Assembly (NCBI RefSeq): GCF_000021825.1
Contig: NC_011729.1
Span: 4,506,969 to 4,538,968, forward strand
Origin: Gloeothece citriformis PCC 7424
GTDB lineage: Bacteria > Cyanobacteriota > Cyanobacteriia > Cyanobacteriales > Microcystaceae
Direction: 5' to 3'
DNA: 32,000 nucleotides
Part shown: positions 17,267 through 24,537 of the stretch, piece after piece
How the letters are laid out: each line of letters starts with the position of its first letter
Numbering within the stretch: the first letter of the stretch is position 1
The notes under the pieces: model-generated
Database searches by the model: none
What the model saw: the letters and a program-made list of their open reading frames with translations, nothing else
Told to the model about the DNA's origin: nothing
Translations under genes and position numbers: made by a program

Positions 17267-19798
17267 GTGGGACGAGAAAAGGAACTGCACTTGCTGCATG
17301 AAGATTTAGGGAGAGGAGATTTTGTTGCGGTGACGGGAATGGGGGGAGTGGGTAAAACTGAGTTGGTGACTCAGTATGTTAAGCGGTATGGGGAAGCTTA
17401 CGGGGGGATAACTTGGTTTAATGATAGGGAAAGGGGTTTGGCGGCAGAAGTTTTCAAGTTTTTTGTTTTACAGTTAAATTATGAGATTCCCCAAGAGTTA
17501 GGGGGACAACGGTTAAGTCTTAAACAACAATTAGAGTGGTGTTGGAGTAATTATCCGGCTTGTGAGTTGCCTATTTTACTGGTTTTTGATGATGTTACTC
17601 ATTTAGATAATTTTCGGGAGGTTGTTCCTAGTGATAACCGTTTTCGAGTTTTGGTGACGACTCGACTACAATATCTAGACCCTAATTTTATTAGTGAGGT
17701 GGGTTTAGATGTTCTTTCCCCAGAAAATGAACCGGGTAAGGCGTTAGAACTGTTAGAAAGTTTGTTAGGAACGAAAGATAAGCGCGTCCAAAGAAAACCC
17801 CAAGCGGCAGCAAATATATGTCAATGTTTGGAGTTTTTGCCGTTGGGGATAATTTTAGTCGGGGGGTATTTGGTTAATGAGCCGGATTTGTCTTTAGAGA
17901 GAATGTTACAGCGCTTGCAGGAGAAAAAGTTAGCAGAGGAAGCGCTACAGCAACGGGAAAGTCTTAATAAATATGAAAGGGGAGTTAGGGCGGCTTTTGC
18001 GTTAACTTGGGAAGAACTTAATCCTTTGTCTCAACAAGTAGGAATGTTCCTCAGTTTATTCTCTCCTAAGTTGATTCATTGGGATTTGGTGGTAGGGGTT
18101 GTGTGTGACCTCTCCCCTGACCCCTCTCCTACTATGAGAGGGGAGAATATTGACCTCTCCCCCAACCCCTCTCCTACTATGAGAGGGGAGAATATTGATA
18201 TTGTTCCCCCTTCCCTTGTAGGGAAGGGGGTTAGGGGGTTAGGTCTTAATTGGTCGGAGGAGAAGTTAAACGAGGGGAAAAAGCAACTCTATAAACGAAA
18301 TTTGCTGCAACGGGAAGAAGAGAGAGAGGGATGTTATAAAATTCATGCTTTAGTAAGGTGGTTTTTACAGGAAAGGTTAGAGGAGTCAGGGGAGATAAAG
18401 GGAGTTTTAAAACAAACTTTCGCCACCGCGATGATAACTAAGGCTAAAATTATTCCTAAGCAACCCAGTGTTACAGATATTGAAAATGTTAAAGATTTTA
18501 TTCCCCATATAGAAGCATTGGCAGAGAGTTTAATTGAAGAAGCAAAGGACAAAAGACAGGGAAAGATCATTACCTCAGCATTCTTGTCTGATGAGGATAT
18601 TATCCGGCCTTTTGTGGGGGTAGGATGGTTTTATCAAGGGCAGGGGTTATATTTTTTAGCAGAACCTTGGTTAAAGCAATATGTAGATGTGCTTAAAAGT
18701 TACTTTGGAGAAGAACATCCCGATGTAGCAACCAGTTTGAACAATTTAGCCGTACTCTACCATTACCAAGGGCGCTACACTGAAGCCGAACCCCTGTACC
18801 TCCAAGCGTTGGAGATGAGAAAGCAACTGTTAGGGCAATCTCATCCTGATGTGGCAACCAGTTTGAACAATTTAGCCATTCTCTACTATTCAATGGGGCG
18901 CTACGAAAAAGCCGAACCCCTATACCTCGAAGCTTTGGAGATGTATAAGCAACTGTTGGGGCAATCTCATCCTGATGTGGCAACCAGTTTGAACAATTTA
19001 GCCATTCTCTACTATTCAATGGGGCGCTACGAAAAAGCCGAACCCCTATACCTCGAAGCTTTGGAGATGTATAAGCAACTGTTGGGGCAATCTCATCCTG
19101 ATGTGGCAACCAGTTTGAACAATTTAGCCATTCTCTACTATTCAATGGGGCGCTACGAAAAAGCCGAACCCCTATACCTCGAAGCTTTGGAGATGTATAA
19201 GCAACTGTTGGGGCAATCTCATCCTGATGTGGCAACCAGTTTGAACAATTTAGCCATTCTCTACTATTCAATGAGGCGCTACAAAAAAGCTGAACCCCTA
19301 TACCTCGAAGCTTGGGAGATGTATAAGCAACTGTTGGGGCAATCTCATCCTCTTGTCGCAACGAGCTTGAACAATTTAGCCCTTCTCTACTCTTCAATGG
19401 GGCACTACGACAAAGCTGAACCTCTGTTGCTCGAAGCTTTGGAGATGAGTAAGCAACTGTTGGGGCAATCTCATCCTGATGTGGCAACCAGTTTGAACAA
19501 TTTAGCCCTTCTCTACTCTTCAATGGGGCGCTACGAAAAAGCCGAACCTCTCTACCTCGAAGCTTTGGAGATATGTGAACGAGTCTTAGGGAATAATCAT
19601 CCTAATACGGTGGCAATTAGAGAAAATCTTGACCTTATGCAACAGGAACGTACTTCCCTTGACATCTGGAGTCATCGCTTGGGTTACGTTGTTGGAATTT
19701 TGTTAGGAATAGTGATATTACCTGTTGTAATCTTGTTAGTACCCTTTTATGTCCTGTGGTTGCTCTTTAAGCGCTTGTTTACTTTCCTGTTCCGTTAA
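17267..19798 (+). CDS. NLR-like STAND NTPase: NB-ARC domain, about 7.5 KLC-type TPR repeats and a C-terminal hydrophobic (TM) segment. The open frame actually begins at 17192.
   Basis: Walker A VAVTGMGGVGKTELV, Walker B LLVFDDV, RVLVTTR and a GLPLA-like LPLGIILVG. The track's GTG start lies inside the conserved FVGREKEL pre-P-loop motif. The 42-aa TPR units read HPDVATSLNNLAxLYxSMGRYEKAEPLYLEALEM. The C-terminus is LGYVVGILLGIVILPVVILLVPFYVLWLLF. Confidence 0.85.
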   Translation: MGREKELHLLHEDLGRGDFVAVTGMGGVGKTELVTQYVKRYGEAYGGITWFNDRERGLAAEVFKFFVLQLNYEIPQELGGQRLSLKQQLEWCWSNYPACELPILLVFDDVTHLDNFREVVPSDNRFRVLVTTRLQYLDPNFISEVGLDVLSPENEPGKALELLESLLGTKDKRVQRKPQAAANICQCLEFLPLGIILVGGYLVNEPDLSLERMLQRLQEKKLAEEALQQRESLNKYERGVRAAFALTWEELNPLSQQVGMFLSLFSPKLIHWDLVVGVVCDLSPDPSPTMRGENIDLSPNPSPTMRGENIDIVPPSLVGKGVRGLGLNWSEEKLNEGKKQLYKRNLLQREEEREGCYKIHALVRWFLQERLEESGEIKGVLKQTFATAMITKAKIIPKQPSVTDIENVKDFIPHIEALAESLIEEAKDKRQGKIITSAFLSDEDIIRPFVGVGWFYQGQGLYFLAEPWLKQYVDVLKSYFGEEHPDVATSLNNLAVLYHYQGRYTEAEPLYLQALEMRKQLLGQSHPDVATSLNNLAILYYSMGRYEKAEPLYLEALEMYKQLLGQSHPDVATSLNNLAILYYSMGRYEKAEPLYLEALEMYKQLLGQSHPDVATSLNNLAILYYSMGRYEKAEPLYLEALEMYKQLLGQSHPDVATSLNNLAILYYSMRRYKKAEPLYLEAWEMYKQLLGQSHPLVATSLNNLALLYSSMGHYDKAEPLLLEALEMSKQLLGQSHPDVATSLNNLALLYSSMGRYEKAEPLYLEALEICERVLGNNHPNTVAIRENLDLMQQERTSLDIWSHRLGYVVGILLGIVILPVVILLVPFYVLWLLFKRLFTFLFR
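18107..18245 (+). repeat. In-frame insertion of hairpin-forming short dispersed repeats inside the STAND gene
   Basis: Two 45-bp direct repeats (18107-18151 and 18152-18196) each carry the hairpin cccctctc-ctactat-gagagggg. They are followed by a perfect hairpin, cccccttccc-ttgta-gggaaggggg (18206-18230). Together they translate as DLSPDPSPTMRGENIDLSPNPSPTMRGENIDIVPPSLVGKGVRGLG. Confidence 0.85.
18710..19640 (+). repeat. 126-bp tandem repeat array (coding; TPR units)
   Basis: The motif caatctcatcctgatgtgg recurs exactly at 18836, 18962, 19088, 19214 and 19466, with a variant (caatctcatcctcttgtcg) at 19340. Units 18836-18961, 18962-19087 and 19088-19213 are identical base for base by my comparison. 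The flanking units are diverged. Confidence 0.9.
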
Positions 19799-20015
19799 TT
19801 AAATCGATTTAAGCTTAGAATATGTAAATAGAATAGCGATCGCTTTTCCTAATTTAACTTACCAAACTATAATTCTAGCCTGCGTAGGCAGGCTTTGCTC
19901 GTAGAGCAAGACCCTTTAGGGTGTGGGTACTAATTATTTTTTGTCCGCAGATGAACGCAGATGAACACGGATGGATGTTGGTTTGATTACAAGGTTTGTA
20001 TGATGATAGTAGGAT

Positions 20016-20321
20016 TTAGTTTAATAAGGCTCTGACAATATCTTCCCATTCTTGATCTAATGATGTGTTAGCTGCCGGTTTCCCACTGCGACGATACCAA
20101 TAATGAGCGTTACTGATATCTCCTTCCTTTCGATGTAAATAGGCATGAACCCAAGCGCTATCACTATCATTGGCATCCTGGACAATTTCGTGCCCTCTGT
20201 CCCAATTTCCCTTTTTATCGTACCATAATCCTTGCAATGCCACCGATAACGACTTAGGACAACTAGACTCGGTTCTCAGTAATTGGATAAACTCCTCAAA
20301 ACTTAAACCAGAAACTTTCAT
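20016..20321 (-). CDS. Hypothetical small protein
   Basis: The ORF contains WVHAYLHRKEGDISNAHYWYRRSGKP. The track start at 20348 is a TTG; the ATG at 20319-20321 is preceded by AAGGAAG and is preferred. Confidence 0.55.
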   Translation of the reverse strand: MKVSGLSFEEFIQLLRTESSCPKSLSVALQGLWYDKKGNWDRGHEIVQDANDSDSAWVHAYLHRKEGDISNAHYWYRRSGKPAANTSLDQEWEDIVRALLN

Positions 20322-20418
20322 CGGTTTTTTTTCTTCCTTTGAATTCAAAGTTAATAATCTATGACTTAATCCCCTATTCTATATAGATGATGCCCAGAAA
20401 GCACATCACCCCGAAAAG

Positions 20419-21405
20419 TTGATTAACATGACTCATTTAAGTTACGCCATAACCTTATTTTTAAGCTTATTAATGACATCCCTCCCCTTCCTGTTGTTGG
20501 GAATATTCGTTTCTAGTTGGTTGCTGGTGTTTGTCGATGAGCATCAACTAACCGCTAAATTTCCCCATAATCGCATTTTAGGGGCACTCATTGGCAGTAG
20601 TTTAGGCATGATTATCCCTGTCTGTCAATATGGTAACGTACCGGTCACTAGACGGCTATTGATGCAGGGCGCTCCTCTATCGGTTGCGATCAGTTTTTTA
20701 GTGGCTAGTCCTACGGTTAATCCTATTGTTCTTTGGTTGACTTGGCAAGCTTTTCCGAATCAAGCTAGTATTCTATTCTACCGTCTTTTATTAGCTTGGC
20801 TAATTGCTTTTATTCTTGGGCTAATTTTTAGCACCCACACGGAAAAACCTTGGACGAGTGATGAATATACCTCTCCTCGCTGTTATTTATTACCCTCCGG
20901 CACTTTTTTATTGCCTTCTGAAGAGAGTCAACCTTTACATCGAGTCGGAAATTTAGTCTATGAATATAAAACGACTACTACTGCTAGAAAGTCTTTAAAA
21001 GTTGGCTTAAGTTTATTATGGCAAAATGCTGTTCAAGAAACTTTAGAATTAGGTTCTATTCTAATTATTGGATGTGCGATCGCTACTTTAGTTCAAGTAT
21101 TTCTGCCTCAAGGTCAAATTTTAAATTGGGGACAATCTCCTCCCTCTCAAATCTTGGTTATGATTTTATTGGGGTTTATTTTGTCCTTGGGGTCTCCTAA
21201 TAGCGGGTTTTTTCTGAGCTTTTTTACATCGACTTTTCTCAAAGGATCTCTGTTGAGTTTTCTTCTGTTTAGTTCGGTTGTGGATCTCAAAAGTCTGGGC
21301 TTATTATTTTTTGTCTTACGAGTTAAAGCGGTTGTTTATTTACTGATCTTGGTTTTAGAATTGACACTTTTATCCGCATTAATCTTTAATTTTTACCTCT
21401 CTTAG
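20419..21405 (+). CDS. Predicted permease (UPF0718/DUF318, ArsP-like family)
   Basis: About 8 TM segments and the family-like loop PVCQYGNVPVTRRLLMQGAP. The track start is a TTG; the ATG at 20428 (MTHLSY) is the likely true start. Confidence 0.7.
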   Translation: MINMTHLSYAITLFLSLLMTSLPFLLLGIFVSSWLLVFVDEHQLTAKFPHNRILGALIGSSLGMIIPVCQYGNVPVTRRLLMQGAPLSVAISFLVASPTVNPIVLWLTWQAFPNQASILFYRLLLAWLIAFILGLIFSTHTEKPWTSDEYTSPRCYLLPSGTFLLPSEESQPLHRVGNLVYEYKTTTTARKSLKVGLSLLWQNAVQETLELGSILIIGCAIATLVQVFLPQGQILNWGQSPPSQILVMILLGFILSLGSPNSGFFLSFFTSTFLKGSLLSFLLFSSVVDLKSLGLLFFVLRVKAVVYLLILVLELTLLSALIFNFYLS

Positions 21406-21508
21406 GTGAGCAAAATTTTCCTCCCCTTGGATACTCAAAAAAAAACTTAAGTAGTCGAACATAAATAAAGTGAATTGCGTAAACAATTGTAAAATTCCTA
21501 CATCCGTT

Positions 21509-21538
21509 CCTTCTGCCCTCTGCCTCCTGCCCCCTGCC
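21509..21538. repeat. CTGCC-rich short repeat tract (complement of the tract at 11717-11739)
   Basis: The sequence is ccttctgccctctgcctcctgccccctgcc. Confidence 0.7.
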
Positions 21539-21704
21539 TAACCTGACAGTTAAAGTTAATTTTGTCCAGGTACTTATCTGTTTTCGCTCCTCACTTCGAC
21601 TGCTTTCAAGGTAAGATTCTAGCGATCCCCAACTGTAAACTTTAGTAACAAAGTTAACCTAGCTGACCTGAAACTTGTTAGATTAATAAGTGAAGCTAAA
21701 CAAG

Positions 21705-22059
21705 CTTCCCTGGCAGATAAACTCAACCAGTTAACCTAAACCAAGAAGGAGAAAACCCTGAACAAGTTAATATCTGTCTCGTTAACCGACAATAACAGTA
21801 ATCAACTTAGATTGTCATATTTCCTCACCTTAAATGCAAGAGAGTAAGATCATAGTCAATCGACTATTAAATTAACTCTAAGTCAAACTCAACATATAAG
21901 AGGAAATCACTGGGGATCAATGCTTGATTGCTGTTATTGTGCTATCATCATTTAAAAGCTATAGATCACCCTCAATCCGAGATTAATGTAAAGATAAATT
22001 GCGATTACAGACCGAGACGATTAAAATAATGCTATATATAAGAATATAAGTTTAACAAA
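21705..22059 (+). ncRNA. Copy A of a tandemly duplicated ~355-bp unit with a conserved ~230-nt structured core (candidate ncRNA or leader; strand not established)
   Basis: Helix 1 pairs 21712-21723 with 21765-21778, with a conserved AAGGAGAAAA in the loop (21746-21755). The long-range helix pairs aataacagtaatcaa (21791-21805) with ttgattgctgttatt (21924-21938). An inner helix pairs atttcctc (21819-21826) with gaggaaat (21900-21907). Confidence 0.5.
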
Positions 22060-22400
22060 CTGACTTGGCAGATAAACTAAAACAGTAAATCCATCAATTA
22101 ATAAGGAGAAAAATCTGAATCAGTTAATATCTGTCTCCCAAATCGAAAATAACAGCAATCAATCTGAATTGTCATATTTCCTCAACTAACAAAAAAATTT
22201 AGAGAGTCATACCAAAGTCGAATCAGACTTGAGAATAACTCTAAGTAAACTCAACATATAAGAGGAAATCACTGGGAATCAATGTTTGATTGCTGTTATT
22301 GTATGGTCATGAAGCCTAAAATATTAAAGTTAATTAGGGCAACTAAGTCATGATTTGATTAAAATAGAGATAAGTAAAAGTAAACAATCTTCAGTTAGAG
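22060..22400 (+). ncRNA. Copy B of the tandem unit
   Basis: The same helices are present: 22067-22078 with 22122-22135; aataacagcaatcaa (22148-22162) with ttgattgctgttatt (22286-22300); and 22176-22183 with 22262-22269. The loops and spacer are diverged while the stems are kept. One stem position differs (t in A, c in B), changing a G-U pair to G-C. Confidence 0.5.
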
Positions 22401-22636
22401 TGATGTTAAAGTCAAGAGTCCAACCCTAGAAAGACCAGAAACAGAAAAATTAATCTTCCTGATGACGATAACTTTAATTGATAAATCGTTTAAGATTGAA
22501 GATATAGACAAAGTTACCCTAATGTGCATTTAAAGTTGATCAAGGCAGCCGGCTAAACCTTCGGCTGTAATTTGATGATTGAAGTTTACATAGATTAATC
22601 TCACTCTAGTCAGTTAAATAGTAACGTTTTGACAAC

Positions 22637-23863
22637 ATGACCTCAGAATTACTCAATAAAAATAAAGACTCTAACTATGAGCCAAAAGAGACTATCATTA
22701 AATCATCTAATGGAGTTTCTCAATTAGGGACAGACAACGAAACCCCAAATCGGTCTTTAGAACAAATTATAGACAAATTCCGCCGGACATTAGAAAATCA
22801 TAAAGGAGAACGGCAAATTGTAGTGATTCAAGATTTTCCGGATCCGGATGCGTTAGCGAGTGCTTGGGCTTATCAATTGATCGCCGAACAATACGACATC
22901 AAATGTGATATTGTTTATGCAGGGACTTTATCCCATCAAGAAAATATTGCCCTAGTGAGACTGACTGGACTCCCGGCTAAACGATGGGGAGTGTATACCC
23001 TCAAAGACAGAGACTTATCCGTTTATCAAGGATGTGTGTTAATGGATAGTCAGGGAACGAATAGTCAGTTAATGCCTCTGATTAAAGAACATAAGATTCC
23101 GGTCGTGGTCGTGGTAGACCATCACAGCAAACAGGAAGATTTAGGCGCGGAATTTATCGATTTACGGCCTCAAATCCGAGCAACGGCCACGATTTTAACT
23201 CAATATCTACAAAGTGGGATATTAAAGTTAAATAGTAATGATACTTGTCATGTTAAATGTGCTACGGCATTAATGCACGGAATTCGCTCAGATAGCAATA
23301 ATTTGTTACAAGCATTAGAAGCAGATTTTCAATCCGCCGCCTATCTCAGTCGATTTTATGATGTACAATTGCTCAATGCGGTGTTACAATCGGCTCGTTC
23401 TCGCCGGGTAATGGATATTATCGAGCGATCGCTTAAAAACCGTATGATTAAAAATAACTTCTCGATTGCTGGAGTGGGGTATTTACGCTATGATGACCGA
23501 GATGCTATCCCTCAAGCGGCAGACTTTTTAGTCACAGAAGAAAATATTCATACGGCGGTGGTGTATGGAATAGTTCATGATGAAGATGAAGGAGTTGAAT
23601 TAATTATAGGCTCATTAAGAACCACAAAATTAACTTTAGATCCGGATGAATTTCTTAAAGAAGCGTTTGGCCATGATGGACAAGGACACTTTTTTGGAGG
23701 TGGACGGTATATGGCCGGAGGGTTTGAAATTCCCGTTGGTTTTCTGGGAGGGTTTAATGATAATAATCAGTATGCCAAACTAAAATGGGAAGTTTTTGAT
23801 ACTCAAATTAAACAAAAATTGCTCCGTTTAGTTAATCCGGATGCGAGTGTTATTGAAACTTAA
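22637..23863 (+). CDS. DHH/DHHA1-family phosphoesterase (NrnA-like)
   Basis: Motif I VIQDFPDPDALASAWAY, the DHH motif VVVVDHHS, and a DHHA1-like FGGGRYMAGG near the C-terminus. Confidence 0.8.
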   Translation: MTSELLNKNKDSNYEPKETIIKSSNGVSQLGTDNETPNRSLEQIIDKFRRTLENHKGERQIVVIQDFPDPDALASAWAYQLIAEQYDIKCDIVYAGTLSHQENIALVRLTGLPAKRWGVYTLKDRDLSVYQGCVLMDSQGTNSQLMPLIKEHKIPVVVVVDHHSKQEDLGAEFIDLRPQIRATATILTQYLQSGILKLNSNDTCHVKCATALMHGIRSDSNNLLQALEADFQSAAYLSRFYDVQLLNAVLQSARSRRVMDIIERSLKNRMIKNNFSIAGVGYLRYDDRDAIPQAADFLVTEENIHTAVVYGIVHDEDEGVELIIGSLRTTKLTLDPDEFLKEAFGHDGQGHFFGGGRYMAGGFEIPVGFLGGFNDNNQYAKLKWEVFDTQIKQKLLRLVNPDASVIET

Positions 23864-23928
23864 TTTTATCGGAGGGAAAGGAAGAGTTAGAATAGGGTTT
23901 TACTAAATATTTTTAGTTAAAACCAACG

Positions 23929-24426
23929 ATGACAAAACTTTATTTAATTCGTCATGGAATAGCGGCTGACCGGGCGGACTATTCTAATGATGAAGACCGT
24001 CCTTTAACAGAAAAAGGAAAACAAAAAACTGAACAAGTCGCTAAATGTCTTCATAAAAAAGGGGTCAAATTTGATTTAATTTTAACTAGCCCCTTAGTTA
24101 GAGCCAAAGCTACCGCAGAAATTCTCTCTCAAGAGGGGTTAGGAAAAAAAATAGCAGAATTTGCCCCCCTTGCCCCGGCTGGAGACATTGAAAATTGGGT
24201 CAATTGGTGGTCAAAATGGGAGTATAATAAGGATGATAGCTCTCTTGCCCTAGTGGGTCATCAACCAGACTTAGGCAACTGGTCAGAACTTTTTGTATGG
24301 GGAAGAACCGAAGAAAAACTGATCGTCAAAAAAGCGGGGGTGATTGGAATCAGGATACTCGACAAAGATAAGCCTATCGGTAATTGTGAATTATTTTTGT
24401 TGACTTCCCCTAAGTGGTTGCTCTAA
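23929..24426 (+). CDS. sixA: Phosphohistidine phosphatase SixA
   Basis: A 165-aa histidine-phosphatase fold with LYLIRHGIA (RHG motif) and VGHQPDLG. Confidence 0.85.
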   Translation: MTKLYLIRHGIAADRADYSNDEDRPLTEKGKQKTEQVAKCLHKKGVKFDLILTSPLVRAKATAEILSQEGLGKKIAEFAPLAPAGDIENWVNWWSKWEYNKDDSSLALVGHQPDLGNWSELFVWGRTEEKLIVKKAGVIGIRILDKDKPIGNCELFLLTSPKWLL

Positions 24427-24537
24427 TGGTGTTGAAGATCTTAAAACTTTTCGGTGAAAACGAGATCAAGTAAGAGTTATAGGGTAAGTTAGCAATACTA
24501 TCTTGATCTACATCCTTGCAACGATACAGGTATAACC

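Noticed and set aside
18693-19523. A 276-aa antisense ORF across the TPR array, and the possibility that the regular 126-bp repeats are a CRISPR-like array.
   Set aside because: The repeats are contiguous with no unique spacers, and they translate in the sense frame into canonical 42-aa TPR units continuous with the NB-ARC domain. The antisense ORF is an artefact of repeat periodicity; its own repeats (REWLNCSNWLPHQDEIAPTVAYTSPKLRGIG) simply mirror it.
21880-21925. The motif aagaggaaatcactggg as the RNase P RNA P4 region (GAGGAAAGUCC), or the region as tmRNA or 6S RNA.
   Set aside because: The match is only partial. The motif occurs twice in tandem units. The other universally conserved RNase P and tmRNA elements are absent.
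24481-24500. An NtcA-like site, GTAAGTTAGCAATAC, upstream of gltA.
   Set aside because: The spacing is GTA-N9-TAC rather than the GTA-N8-TAC consensus, and there is no properly placed -10 box.
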